Assembly: GCA_013265495.1 (NCBI GenBank)
Contig: MU057700.1
Span: 62,001 to 126,000, forward strand
DNA: 64,000 nt
Reading direction: 5' to 3'
From: Vicugna vicugna
Lineage: Eukaryota
Position numbers and translations under genes: made by a program. The notes below the pieces were generated by a model. It was not told the DNA's origin. It made no database searches and was given only the letters and a program-made list of their open reading frames with translations. Positions within the stretch are counted from its first letter, which is position 1. The number at the start of each line of letters is the position of its first letter. This document shows, one piece after another, positions 24,152 through 38,084 of this stretch.

Positions 24152-27100
24152 ATCAATCATCATAACACTATATCCCCAATTTCTGTTTTAAGGTTATTCA
24201 GAATATATAACCAACTTGAAATTTTAAAAATTTGAAAATATGAGCAAAATATTTCTGACACATCACAAATAGAAGAGTCTTGAGACAAATTATTTTTGTA
24301 AAAAATGGTCTATCAATTCCATTTTTGTGTAAAACATATGGGAGGAACCTAGCCGATCAACACACAATTGTTGCTACACAAAAGGGTACTCTTACCAAAC
24401 TTCAAATCTAAGAATGTCCAAATGTTTCTTTTATCATGTCTACAGTAATTATCTATGCTTTTCAATGTAACTATTTTAAAAATTCCACATATTCCCATTA
24501 TTTCTTCCATCCCAGTTACAGTACAATGATGGGGGAGGAAAGAGTATTGGTTAAAACAACTGTCTAAGCAGTTTTCTGCTGTCCTTTCTTTCCAGAGACT
24601 TGGGAATATAAGGGATCACACCATACCAGCTATGGTAGCCTTGAAAAGAGAATCCAACTCTTCACCACGGATTGCAAGCTGCAGGTGACATGGAATGATC
24701 TGCTCTACTCTGAAATCCTTGGAAGCATTACTTGCCACTCCAGCACCTCAGCAGTGAGGCACCCCAGAATTGCAGCACTATATACTGCAGTAGTGGCACC
24801 AACCCTTCCATGGCTCGTGGTGCAAATCTTCACATGTCTGTGGACGCAGCCCATGGGAAGCTGTCACCAAGCTATCTGTGAGTAAGACACTACCTTAGCC
24901 TGAGTACCCTCTTTGATCATCCCTTTTTAAAAAATGTCGCTTAGGTTTAACTTGGTAATCAAGCAACACAACCACATGCTTTTCTGTCCATGTGTGAACC
25001 AAGTAACAGCCTCACAGTGCTCACTGACAGACTTTCAGAGAACTTACATTATTGGTCACTGATCATGATGGACATCTGTTGTTTCTATTATGATCGGTAG
25101 CCTAAAGAGCTAGCAGCCACGTTTACATTTTATACAAGTATGATTAATACACTGTAGTAACTGGAATTTGAACCATGTTGTTGGGGGCTGATGTTACTTA
25201 ATTAAACTTTGTTAAGTGAAATTTGTGCATATAGGAACCCTACAAAGCGAGGCCTAGCTGTGTCAAGGTGCAATCTTGTAGAGAGTTTAAGAGGCACAAA
25301 GACTCCAGGATTTGACAGGCTAGTTTAAATCTAGGATCTGCCACTTTCTATCTGGATGACTTGGACAAGACCCTCACCTATGAAATTGAGATATCTCTTG
25401 GGGTTACCGTGAGAAATAATGATCGCTTTAAATGAAAAAGTGCCCTTCTAATGGAAGCCAATCCAGAGTCATGTATACCTCCCAGGAGTTCCCATTTAAG
25501 GTGGCCATGAAGGGTTAATGGGGAAGACCAATGGGAAGCTTCAGATTTCCATGTGGATGTCCATGTGGACAGTTAGAAATCCTAGTAAGCCTGGCCTCTA
25601 ACCCACCAGCTGTCTAAACATTCATAAGCCCATGGAGAGCCCCGTTGGCTACAAAGATAAAACCAGATGGTTCATGTAAGACTCCTGCTAGGGTTTGGTT
25701 ATTAATAGTGCCGTTAATTGAGGTTATTCTATTGGCCTTTTCAAACCAAGGGTCAGTGGTGTTTGGTGAACAATTAAAGGGAAACCATGCTTTCTGTGGA
25801 CTTTGTTCTCAAAGGCCATACAAAAGGGAGTTGTTTTCCCATGGCAAGCAGACCTAACCTAGTGGTGAGAACTGGGAACTGTATAGGTGGAATAGGTATG
25901 ATTATTTGCATTGAGAGGCATGACATGAGAGAGGTCAAAGCAAGGTGCAGGAAAACCTGGTTGTAGATGTTTGACTCAGTGAGATATATCCAAAAGAGTG
26001 AGCTGTAGTTAGCGGTCACAGAGGAGATGAAAGGAAAATGTTTGCTACAGTGAAGACTAGAGTCATGGCTGTCATGGACAGATTGGGTTTTCTGATGACA
26101 GATCCAACAATCAGAAGGGTCCAAGTTCCTTTGGACCATGACAGAAGCTTGACTTTTGGACCCTTTGAGGGCAGCATTTTTTGGGGAAAAAAATGTGAAT
26201 GAGGTAATTTCCTTTAACTTCTAAAGAGTCAAGTTTAGCACGCCCAGAAACTTAATAATAGACAAAGCAGCAGGTAATAAGAGTATGGCATCTAATAATT
26301 CCTGAACATAAAGGCTGTTTTTAATTTTATCTCCACTGGAAGTAAGGAAGCCATGTTGTTTCCATAACATCCAAAATTGTGAGCAATGCCAAAGGAATAG
26401 CTGCCATCAGTGTAAATGTTGGCAGTTTTGCCCTTGATTGGGATACAAGCCCATGTGAGTCTGTATAGTTTGGCTCACTGGGCCAAAGTAGCCAAAGGCA
26501 AAGGTGCCACTCAGTTACTTAAAGAAGAGTTGACATTGCATATCCAACGTAATATTTACCATTTTTGTCTTTCAAATAAAAACCATTAGTGAACCACGAG
26601 AAGCCAACATTATCTAAGGGAATTTCCTATAAGCAGTCATGAAGGGTTTCATCAGTTAAGAGGGGAGAAGAGTAGCAGGATTAAGGTTATTACAGTGGAC
26701 AAGAGTGATACAAGGGGCAGTTAACAGGAGAATTTCATAGGAAGTGAGATGGCTTACTGAAAGGTGTTGAGTATGATGAAAGTTAAGAGCTTCCACAGCA
26801 TGTGTCACAAAAATGATTAAAGGAGATCCCATGACTGTTTCTTCAGTGGTCTTAACAAGAAGGGCAGTAGCAGGTATAGCTCTGAAGTGGGGATAGGGGG
26901 GTATCCCCAGGCTACAGGTTCTAGTTGTAATACCCTGTAGGTCAGTGGTGATCCATGTGCTTTTGGGTGAATACGCCAAGGCCACTCCCTTCTTTTTCAT
27001 ATACAAAAAGGAAGAAAAGGAATTGATAATTGGGGTGTCCAAGGGCATGGGGGATTATTAAACTTTAAGATTTGAGAAGTTGTGTTGTCTGAATTTTCCC

Positions 27101-30100
27101 TGGTGATAGTGTCAGGTTCAGTAGTTTTTAACAAAGAATATAAAGGTTGGGCCATAAGAGAAATTTGGGGGATCCAGTTGTGACGAGAGCCTGCCAATCC
27201 AAGAAAACCTTGTGGTTTGCATTTGGTTTTGGATTTTGGGAAGTTCAAGATGCCATGAAGTCTGTCTGATTCTAGATGCAGTCGTTGTTCTGAGATGAAC
27301 TTGATATTGAACAACCTGCAGTGTTTCCTTAGAGACTTTATGTCCCTTTTTGGTTAGGAGTTTTAGTGAATGGAGGCATTCTTCTTGTGAAGAGGCTCAG
27401 AAAGGGGAACCAAGAAGTCATCCACACATTCTATTAAAGTGGAGCCTCCAGAGAACTTGATATCATCTAGATCAGCCTTAAAGTTTGTGAGAAATAAGAA
27501 GGGCTTTCAGTGAAACCCTGGGGCATTGCTATAAAGGCTTATTGCTGTCCTTCCCAAGTAAAGGACAAAAGATACTGTTATTGACTTGCTTTATCTCTCA
27601 GCATACTTCAATTAAATCACACACAAAAAATTTGCTCTCAGTAGAGATGGAGGCTAACAAAGTGTGGAGATTGGGGACAACAGGGTGGCAAGGGATGACA
27701 ATATTGTTTATGGTTTGAAGGCCCTGGACAAGCCTCCATCCATGGCCATTTGGTTTCTTCACAGGTAAAACAGGAGTTTTGCAGGACTGGTGCAGGGGGA
27801 AATGAGGCCCTGGGCCTTATAGCCTTCTAAAATTGAAGGGGCTCCTTGTATATAGGGTTTTGATTAATTCTGGGGAGAGATTTTGAGGGACCTGTTTGGC
27901 TTTTAATAGGAGAGGCACTGTGGATACTGCCAATATCAGCTGAGGATTTTGCCCATAAGGAGAATGGCAGCTGATCCAATAGGGACAAATGATTAATGTT
28001 CTTGGAATTAGCTGTAGTGTCATCAGAGATGGAGAAAATAAAAGATGTTGAAGGGCCATTTGATTCACCTAGTTGGCTATTTTGGTTGCTGCTGTCAAAT
28101 TCTAGAATATCTTGCCCCCACCTTTGGGAGAAAAATTCCATCATGTTATTTTTCTAAGACATTTTGGCTTAATAAATGAATATGGATGGAGGAACTAAAG
28201 AGAAAAGGATAAGTATCTCTTAGAGGGGCTAAGCAAAAGGGGGTAGGTTTAGAGATAAAAACCTATTGAGCTTTATTAGAGACCCCCCACTATTTGAACC
28301 ATTTAGTACTCTGAGGCAGGGGCTGTTTAATGGTAGTGGGACTGAGCACCAGGAGTATAGCTCTGGTGCAAAAAGAACAGAAAGAGATGCATTCCCAATC
28401 TAAAGGGTCATTTCTTCAAGACAATTAAGAGAAAAGGTTGGGGAAATCCTCTGTATTTCCTCAAAGTCCTTGAAGATTAGGAGGACATTGGTAAGGCTGA
28501 TTAGAGGACTAAAAGTCCTTGCAATACTTAAGTGTAGCAGCCTTTCTTACTTCCAGTGTCCTAGCTTTTTAAAATAATGGTGGAGGTCAGGAGGGTTTTG
28601 GTTTTGTTTAGAGACCTCCATTTTTGGATCTGAAGATTAAGGATTTTAGTGGTCTTCCTTTTAGTTGAATCATCTAGGGTGTGCATGAGTTGGTTTTCTA
28701 AACTAACTAAATCTAGAGTGGACACAGTTTCCCATTACATCCTGGTCCTTTCAGCTGGAAGAGAAAGATCTCAGTTTAGCCTGTTACTGAACATAGAATT
28801 AAAGGCAAGTCGAGTGGATTCAACATCCAAACGAAGACCAGAGTTTTCTTTAAAGACAATTTGGAACTGGCTGTAATAATCATGCCATGAGCTCATCAGG
28901 CTTCTGGAGGCAAGCCTGACTCTTATTCCAGTCAACCGGCTTTGGGAAAGTCCTAGGAATTGCCAAGTGGAGTCGCTTGGTGACTCCATGAGCTTGATCA
29001 TATAATAAGACCTCAGGAGTTTCTTTGTCCTAGGGTTGTAATTCTAAAGATTTCTCAGGATCCTCTCAGTTGGCAGTTTTCATTCAGTGTGAGCCTGGCC
29101 TTCACTGACAAGAATATGAACTAGCTGATATAAGTCAGAGAAGTCCAGTTGGTAAATGTGAATCACTATATTAAATTCCTCAGCAAATCTGTGGGAATCC
29201 TCAGTTACCTTGGAAACACCTTTGACTATGGCTCATAGTTCAGCTTTTAGTCCAGGAAACATGCAAAAATTAGAGGTTAGGCATTTGGATCCTCAGAGAG
29301 TGTGATTTTTAGAGGCGCAAGTTTTAACAGGTTCAGAAAAGGAGGAGGCAAGGAGAGGTTCAGAGAAAAAGGGAAGTTCAGTGAGGAGATTAGAATGAGG
29401 AAGTGGAGACTAAGGAGGAGATGGGGACAGTGCAGAAGGGAAAGGAAGCTGGCTCCAGAGACAAAGGATGGGGGAAGGGGAAAAGAGACCTCTGAAGCTC
29501 TTTTGGGGGTCCTCTTTCAATTGTCGGTTAATTTAGAAATGGTATTTTGTAAAGAGGTGGTTTTGGAATCTTGAATACTGTTGGAAGCCTCCAGGTACCA
29601 ATTAAAAGAGGGCTCGCATTCAGTCTGATTGATTTTAGAGCTACAGTCTTCTAATTCGGTTCTGAGAAAAACAAGCCTGGGGAGGTTGGAAGTTTCTCTC
29701 ATGGCCATTGGAGTTGTAAATGATCTTTGACGAAGTCGATTCACTTAGTTTTAAGAAGGTGCACAAGGAGGGACCATAGTTGTTATTTATTTTTTTTAAC
29801 ATTAAACCGGCCAGTGTGTCCCAGGAGTCCCCTGCTGAGAGAATTTAGAGGACTGGGATCCCATACTTCAAAACCAGAAGTTCAGAAAACAAATGAGTAC
29901 TCACCAAAAGGACAATGCCTGCAAGAAAACAGATCCTGTATAAAGTTGGAGAGCTCAACCAAAATGGGGGGAGCTCGAATCTCAGAAGAGACTTACCAAA
30001 CCAAAAGGATGACGATGACTCATGGAAGTGAGGGGCACAAGGGGCTCAAGGGAGCACCACACACAGTTCCAGGCTTGTTAACTCCTCAGGGATTCATCAT

Positions 30101-30106
30101 CTTCGG

Positions 30107-30124
30107 GTCCCACTTCTGACACTA
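30107..30124 (-). promoter_or_regulatory. Primer-binding site, tRNA-Leu type
   Basis: TAGTGTCAGAAGTGGGAC, 4 nt from the LTR end; 16/18 match to TGGTGTCAGAAGTGGGAT, the complement of the tRNA-Leu(CAA) 3' end as recalled. Confidence 0.75.
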
Positions 30125-30128
30125 GAAA

Positions 30129-30568
30129 TGTCAATTTTTTAAAAAGAAAAAGGTAAGCGATTTAGCCAGCAAAATCAAGTTTATTCAGAAGTAGCAGAGG
30201 AATTGCAACTCGGGACAAGCACACTATGGTGAACCATAGGCAAGTCCAGAGAACCAAAGAGGAGAGTGTATTTTTATAGAGGAAAGGAGGAAGTTAGGAG
30301 AGGCTGGGGTTATTTTAAACGAAAGTTCACTGGAAGAAAATGAGAGTTGAAAGTGGTGGTGGCTTCTCATTGGCTACAGGCAATTAACATGGTACCATTG
30401 GCTACAGGTGAAGGCAGTTTTCTGTGCTGGGCACCTGTAGCTTGGCTGTTGCAAAGCCAAGAGAAAATCTTCCTTCTTCCTGCTTCCTATGCATGCTGCG
30501 ATGAGTGATGTATGCGTGACAGCTCCTTTTCTCCATGGCTTCCCAACTCCAGTTAGGTTTCCTGAACA
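30129..30568 (-). repeat. 5' LTR of the class I ERV
   Basis: Minus strand TGTTCAGG...TTGACA, TATA (ctataaaaa about 30270-30279), AATAAA (about 30180-30185). Confidence 0.8.
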
Positions 30569-31235
30569 CATTTTTATATATGGTAGTGTAGAGATATTTG
30601 TGAGTCATAGGTGTTAAAGATTACAAGGCAGATGACTTGTCTTTATTACCACTTTTTCGTGAGCTCCTATAAAATAGACATTCAGAAAAATGTAAGAACT
30701 TTTTCTCTGATGAGGAGATTGCACCTCAAATGCTGGTTTTAGTCAATGAAGTTAACATTGATAATGAGCAGTTGAGATCTGTAAGAGCAAAGAGAGGTGA
30801 CCTGATGGCCTGCAAGTGAGTTTGCTACAGTGAGGTCCCATAAGCTTGGAGAAGCCCTGGAGAAAGCATGAAGGGCTAGAATAGTAGAAATAGGCAGTGG
30901 TCCCAATATTCAGAAGAGGGGAAGAGTGGAGGAAACCACTGTTAACATTTTTAGGTACATCCCTCTAGAACTTTTTAAAAGATATAGGTCTATATTTTGT
31001 ATTTAATCATAATACCAGAATATATCATTTTAGGAAAATGTACACCAGACCATTAAAAAAAAAAGAATCTCTGCTATCAGCATGCCAAGAAGACAGCATA
31101 CTTAACTGCTTGTCAGATCATGTGATTTATATTTTCTACATGTGTTAAGTAGGAAGGCACTAAGAACGCAGCCATGTCACTAAGTACCCATTTATTCCAT
31201 AAGTACAACTAAAAATTTTGAGCAGCCTTCTTTAT

Positions 31236-31730
31236 CTGTCAAGGTTCAAAGAGAGGAACAGAACCACCAGGAGATGTGTATATCTAACTTGTTACAGGGA
31301 TTTGACAGCTATGCCACAGTGGGAGCTGGTTAAGTAAGCATTCTCTGTGGGGAAGGAAAGATGGATGTGAAGTGGGGACAGTTGGAACTCACAGATCAGA
31401 CCTGAAACTGAAATTCTGCTCCATTCTCTTTGTCCTCCTTGCCTCTGACCTTGGTAGTAGGGGCGTCCAGTCGAAGACCCTTTCTTGCCTTGCTAATAAA
31501 CTCACACCTGACCCAGGAGTTGGGGAAGTTAACAGAGGATCCAGAGGAAAGGGGAGAGGCTGCAAGGCTGGTCACTGCCACTCACTGAAGAGGATTAGGG
31601 ATGGCAGGTTCCATCGCCAAATCTCACAGAAGAATCTTATATTCCCTTTCCCATTCGGAAACACACGTGAAAGGGATTCCGGGCAATGTCCTTCTGCTTA
31701 GCTGGGCTGCCACAGCATGAAGCCACCACC
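31236..31730 (-). mobile_element. Old ERVL/MaLR-type LTR
   Basis: aaggttcaaagagaggaacagaaccaccaggaga...aagggattccgggcaatgt pattern. Confidence 0.45.
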
Positions 31731-31740
31731 TCTGGTTTGT

Positions 31741-31940
31741 TTCCTTCCTTCCTTCCTCCCTTCCTTCCTTCCTTCCTTCCTTCCTTCTTTCTTTTCTTCT
31801 TTCTTTCTCTCTCTTTCTTTTTTTTTTGTCAGGGAGGTAATCAGGTTTCTTTTTTTAGTGGAAGTGTTGGAGATTGAACCCAGGACCTCGTGCATGCTAA
31901 GCGTGCACTCTACCACTGAGCTCTACCCTTCCCTCCCCTC
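31741..31940 (-). repeat. (TTCC)n/(TTTC)n microsatellite tail plus tRNA-derived SINE
   Basis: ttccttcc array joined to gattgaacccaggacctcgtgcatgctaagcgtgcactctaccactgagct. Confidence 0.85.
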
Positions 31941-32159
31941 CTAGTTTCTTTATAGCACTCCATGTGGCCTGCCTCTTGGGATGCCCTGACAAAAGCAAGA
32001 GTTTAGGTAGTTTCCATGATTCCTGACATGAGGCTGTGATGCAGGGAAGTTTTGATTTCTCCTTCCTTATATAGAAGACTAAGCCCCATCTTTTCTTTCC
32101 TCCCCCTGCTGCCCTCCCCATCTCTCATTGCCACCCACACACCAAACCACTTAACTTAC

Positions 32160-33312
32160 TTTTTATTTTTATTGAAGTATAGTTGATTCACAATACTGTG
32201 TTTCAGATGTACAGCAAAGTGATTCACATATATATTTTTTTTCAGATTATTTTCCATTATAGGTTATTATAAGATACTGAATATAGTTCCCTGTGCTATA
32301 CAGTAAATCCTGTTGTTTATCTGTTTTATGTATAGTAGTGTGTATCTGTTAAACCCATACTCTTAATTTATCTACCCCCTCACCCCAGGCCCCTTTGGTA
32401 ACCGTAAGTGTTTTCTTTGTGAGTCTGTTTCTATTTTCTAAATAAATCAAAATAAAATTCTATTTTGTAAATTTTATTCTTTTTTAGATTGCACATATAA
32501 GTGATATCATAATATTTGTCTTTGACTTTCTTCACTTAGTATGATATTCTCTAGGTCCATCCATGTTGCTGCAAATAGCAATATTTCATTCTTTTTTAAT
32601 GGCTGAGTAACATTCCATTGCATATCTTCCATTATCCATTTATCTGTTGATGGACACTTAGGTTGCTTCCATGTCTTGGCTATTGTAAATAGTGGTGCTA
32701 TGAACACTGGTGTGTAATCTTTTCGAATTAGAGTTTTCATCTTTTCTGGATATATGCCCAGGCATGGGATTGCTGAATCATATTGTAGCTATATTTTTAG
32801 TATTTTTAGTTTTTTTAAAGAAACTTCCACATGGTTTCTTATAGTGGTTGCATCAATTTACATTCCCACCAACAGTGTAAGAGTGTTCCCTTTTCTCCAC
32901 ACCCTCTCCAGCACTTATTATTTGTAAACTACTTTTTTTTGTTGTTGGGGGAGGTAATTAGGTTTATTTTTTTAATGGAGGCACTGAGGATTGAACCTGG
33001 GACCTCATGCCTGCTAGGCAGGCACTCTACCATTGAGCTATACCCTCTCCCCTATCTGTAGACTGTATTCTCCACTCTAACCCATGTGAGGTGATACCTC
33101 ATTGTAGTTTTGATTTGCATTTCTCTAATAATTAACAATATTGAGCATCTTTTTGTGTGCCTGTTGGCCATCTGTATGTCTTCTTTGGAGAAATATCTAT
33201 GTAGGTCTTCTGCCCATTTTTTGATTGGGTCGTTTGATTTTTTTGTTTGTTTGTTTTTGATATTGAGTTGTATGAGCTGTTTATATATTTTGAAAATTGA
33301 TCCCTTGTCAGT
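32160..33312 (-). mobile_element. L1 3' portion with nested SINE (about 32935-33052)
   Basis: Minus-strand ORFs read as the L1 ORF2 C-terminus ([45 protein letters not shown]). Confidence 0.9.
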
Positions 33313-33909
33313 CACAGCCAAATCACTTTAATCAACTGATTGTTAACTTACAAACTCCCACCACCCCCTTTTTTCTCTGTTGTAGGTCAGAAACTTTCAA
33401 AATCAACATTATTAAGAACCATTATGAAGATAAGTCCTCAAATTTATTCCCTTTTTCCAGGATAAAACTTGGGGCTTATTTTTTCATAAAGTGGTCAAAA
33501 TGAAAATGTTAGGACGCATTGCTGCTTAATAAGTCCCAAGTGATGAAAAAGAGAACTTCTGACAAAAGCATGGGTAATGAAATGCAGTTAGTCAGCTCTC
33601 TGGAGAACTGCCACCCACTTAACCTGGGCCCACACTTGTGTCCCACATGCCGTGAGTGAGGCTTCTTTCCCACATGGAGTGAGGCTCAAGAATCACTGGC
33701 CAATCCTGGGCTCCTTGCTCACTGGCCTTAGGGAGCACAAACTCTGCTGTGAAGAAGCAGAGGCAGGACAGGCTGCTCCCCAGGAGGGGCTAGTACTCAA
33801 GGACAAAGTGGAACTGATGCAGGGACCTCCTGCCAGGCTTCCTCCCACGGTTTTGAAATGGAAGCTGCCGTGAGAAGGAACTGTTTTAACCGTATTACCT
33901 GGGGTAAGG

Positions 33910-34370
33910 TGTGGTGAGGTCAGAGGCATATCAGGAGGGAAAAACTGGAAAGTTTTTACAGTGGTTTGTACTCATAGCTCTTGGGGGAGAACACAGCATG
34001 CCACTCAGGGCCACTAAGGGGAAGAACCAAGTCAGTCACCAGGCAGAGGGAGGGCGAGCTGCGGGGAAAGCACCTTTATTGTGGTTTTGCTGGAAGGAAA
34101 GAGACAGCGCAAGCGGGTTTATGGTTGACTAATCTGAATAATTTCAGTAGATTCTGGGGCACAGGGGCTGTCCCTGGTTGTCTTATATCTGGCCCCTGGG
34201 CAATTAGGGTAAGTGTATGGTGGCCCAGGGTGTGAGAGCCCCATAAGGGAGGTGTTCGGTGGTGTGGGCCTAATCGTCTGTTCAGGAAGAAGCACTGACC
34301 AGACCCTAGCTGGGGGCCTCAAAACTGGATGAAGATGGCCCACACCTACCCACATAAACCAGACCATAGG
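33910..34370 (-). mobile_element. Old solo LTR
   Basis: LTR-like composition and tgtggtgaggtcagagg terminus; family not assigned. Confidence 0.45.
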
Positions 34371-34517
34371 AAGCAATAGTCTTTAAAAAATGTATGTAAA
34401 TAGACTACATATTTTGTTATTTTTCTGATCTCAAAACTTCAATACTCCCCACTGACTGTATTATCTTTAAGATTTTTCTCAAATTCTGAAATATTTCATC
34501 TTTCAAAAATTGTATCA

Positions 34518-34680
34518 TGGGGAAAGGGTATATAGCTCAGTGGTAGTTGCATGCTTAGCATGCATGAGGTCCTGGGTTCAGTTGCTGGTACCTCCATTAA
34601 AAATAAATAAATAAACAAATAAATAGCTAATTACCTCCTCCCCCCAAAAAACAAACAAGCAAAAAAGGAATTATAAAAAA
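34518..34680 (+). mobile_element. tRNA-derived SINE
   Basis: tatagctcagtggtagttgcatgcttagcatgcatgaggtcctgggttca plus an A-rich tail. Confidence 0.85.
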
Positions 34681-35664
34681 AATTATAATAATTGCCTTTT
34701 GAAAAGTTGAAAAGCATCTCAGGCACTGGTTTACCTGTAATTTTTTGGCTAAAAACAATGAAAGGAAATAGTCAAAATATTAGTATCTCTTAAATGTGTG
34801 CAAGCCTGTAATTTTCTGTATGTTTTAAATATTCCATAATTTTTTTAAATGGAAGTTACTGAGAGAGAAAGAGAAAGGCTGCCAGCTGCCCTGCACCCAG
34901 CTCTTTTTTTTTCCCCCTAGATTTATTGAGCTTTAATATTGAGCTTTAATTGACATACAATAGCACATCTTGTGGCAAATGAAGTTTTCTGACTCTCCTG
35001 AGGCCCCACAGAAGTGAAGGAATCTAACTGGAAATATATTTGGGTGGGAACACTCACGATCAGGTTAAAGGCTGACAACTCAGAATGGAGACACAACTAG
35101 ACCTTAGCTCAAGTTAGGGCTTGCTGCTGGCCAGACCTGCTGAAGAAATGGTCAAGGTAAGGGCAGTCACGCAACACTGCCCAGGCCCACCCAGTCCACC
35201 TGCACTCTGGCTAGGCACAGAAACCAATTCAAGCAAGTAACCATCAAGCTCATGGGGTACCATTACCCCTCTTGTACTATTTAACACAAACCACAGTTTG
35301 AAAGAACTATGAAGTATCCTGAAGGAACTGCCAATAACTCAGGGGTCCAGCTTTCTGCAGGTGACTTCTTGAAAAAGCACTGGTGCTGCTTCAAAGGTAT
35401 ATTTTTCTATATTAACCAAGAAAATTAGCCACACAAGTCAAGAAAATTAGCACCTGCCTGCATCCCACTTGGGTTATCTTATCCCTCATCTCTGTCTACT
35501 AGAGTACTTGGCCTCCATGAGAAACACTGCTTTTGGACTGGACCTATTCTGTGACTGGATAGTAAACTGCTTTCTCACTTCATTCTTTCCTTCTTTCAGA
35601 TGGGAAAGGAAGGCAGAGGAGGGTCTTGTGAGCCAGCCTGAAAGTCCCGTCTCTCACGGGGCTT

Positions 35665-35912
35665 GAGAGTACAGTAGTTAAGAGTGCAGACCCTGGAACT
35701 AGCATGCTTATGCCCAGTGCCCAGACCTGCCGTCTACAAGCTGCGTGACCTTAGGGAAGTTACCTTAATGACTCTATATCTATTTCCTTCTATTAAGTGG
35801 TGGTGATAGTAGGAACGTCTACTGGTGGGTTGCTATGATGCTGAAATGAGATTAAGTATTCATAATAGTGCAAAGCACAGTGATGGTGCAATAAACGTTA
35901 GCTATTATTACT
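35665..35912 (+). mobile_element. MIR
   Basis: gtagttaagagtgcagaccctgga...ctgcgtgaccttagggaagttacctta...caataaacgttagctattatta. Confidence 0.75.
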
Positions 35913-38084
35913 GTCATTGCTATTTGACAGATAATGTGATTTTGAGTAAAAGCCTTCTCTGAGCCTTGGTCATCCTGCCTATCCAGCAGCACTCTCCTGG
36001 GAAAGGAAGAGAAATTAAAGCTTAATGGGTAAAATCTTCTTTCAAGGGGTATCAGCTAGAAAATTCTAGACAATACAAACCTCTGGAAAAGTTTCCAGAG
36101 ATGAGCTTTTAAAACTTAAAATATTTATTAAAAGGTATAAGTCTGTGATAATAATCTGTTTACACAAACAATAGGAAATAAACAGGCAAGTCTATTTGTA
36201 AATGGATACATCTTGGGATGATTTTCATTTGCGGTGAATTCATTGTTTTTAAACCAGACTGTTGAGGTGTATCTCTGTGCAGGTACTCTCAAGAATGAAA
36301 AAAAAAAGTCTCTTTTTAGATTTCAGAGCTTGGGTGAGACATAGAGGTGAAAAGAAAAGGTGGAGGCCTCTAAAGCCCCACAGTTGAGGAGGCAGTCCAA
36401 GTAGACCAGGTGTGTGGGCAAGCATCCTCCAATTGGTGACATGAGACAGACATCTGTGGAACAGACCTGGCATCTGTGGCACCAGTCGAAGTGATTCCAG
36501 CCCTTACTGTGGAAGAGGGCCTACAAATGACTCACTTACCAAAAGATGTCTTGGAGGACACCTGGGGTAACTCCCTAGGAACAAAGTGGTGCTCATAATC
36601 AGGACAAGGCCCTAGTCTTTTGTTCAGAGAAGACCTCAAAGATTATTGCATCACTGATGAATGCTGGAGAACTGTCAGACTTGATGAGGAGTTCAAAAAG
36701 CCCACCTGGCTCAGAGGCTCTCTTACTAGATTGCATGAACGTATCTTCTTGGACCTGCTTTCAGTCTCTAAATTCCGAAGCATCATTACTATTGGCATAA
36801 TTTTAATATTTGCCTCAGCTACTTGCATTTTCCCTCAAGAAACAGACTTTTCTACAGTACCAGCTGTGTTGTCATTAGGCTTCTTAGGAATACCTATTTG
36901 ATTTTTGTAGGACCTGTTTTCTGTAATTATGCCTCAGATTAATTTTATGGTACATTTTCACCTCCTCTGACAGCTTCAGCTTTTTACTCTTCCCATTTTC
37001 GTCTTTCCTGGAATCAGCTTCTTTTGAGAAACTGTGTTCTTTCCTTTACTAGAGTCGGCCATTCCTAATCCCTATTCCAAGTACTCCCTTAACTGATGAT
37101 TTTAAAAGATCTTCTGCATAAACAGTGATGAGTGCCTTGATATCATCCTCTTTATGAACCGAGTCTCTAAAAATAAAATGGTAGTAATTACTAATCCCAG
37201 AACACTTAAAAAAACCCAGCTCCACTGCCTCAGGCAGGGTAACCATTTCCATACAGCCTGTCGACTTAGATGCTCACTGACTGAAAACTCTCATTCGCCC
37301 TGAGTCATCTGGGTCACCTTCGGAGGCACCGGGGCTTCTCAGCCTAAGGGATAATCACGTGAGCAACCTCAGTCAACCTACTAATTCTTCCCTAAACCCT
37401 GCCGCAGAAGCCGCCTTTGTCTCCAGTATTCTCGGTTCCCTCTTTCTCCTCGGCAGGAAAAGACTCTCATTTTCTTCTGTCACGCTGGTCCTCAATCCAG
37501 GCATCCTTTGGGCTCACTGGGAAACTCTCGGAGTCAGTATCTTTAGAAGCTCAGGAGCGCGCAGCGACCTACCTCCCTCTCCTGAGCAAGGTCCAGCCGC
37601 TCCCCTCCCCACACCACCCAAGCTCTGCAGGCCTCGGCCCCGCCCCAAGTCTGGCCGACCAATCGCTGGCTCTGCTCCAGGTGCGTCACAATGGCGCCCT
37701 CGCGGCTCCACCCCCCGGAAGTTCGCCACGGAGACCCCGCCCCGTCGTGGTCTTTGCGTCCTTCCGGCTCGGTCTTGGAAGTGGGACTGCTCCGCGTCTT
37801 ACTGGAGAGAAAGGTGGGGTTCTGCGGGGGAACCGGCCCGCATTCACGGCGGCAGCCGGAAGCGGGGCGGGAGCGTGGGCTTCTCAGGCTGGTGTTCCTG
37901 GGTGGTTGGGCGCAAGGCCGGAGGGCGGTGGGGGGCAGGGCACGTCGAGGGTAGAAGGGCTTCCGGAAGCTCCGCGTGCGCAAGACGCGCGGGAGTTGTG
38001 GACTCAGGCCCGCTGCGCGCCTGACCCCGCCCCCCGGAAGCCCCGCCCAGGGCGCGCTGCCAGGGGTTTCCATGGTGACGGTAA

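Larger units (their letters stand above)
25450..30568 (-). mobile_element. Decayed class I (gamma-like) endogenous retrovirus: 5' LTR, PBS, gag, pro-pol (RT, RNase H), env fragment
   Basis: Minus strand: gag relic near 29100-29260, RT PQGFTESPSYF (about 27490-27525), degenerate catalytic motif CVDDFL (about 27420), RNase H ANIYTDGSYSFGIAHNFGMLWKQHGFLTSSG (about 26335-26425), env CWIC in LDPSDCWICHQ (about 26100). Many stops and frameshifts. Confidence 0.88.
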
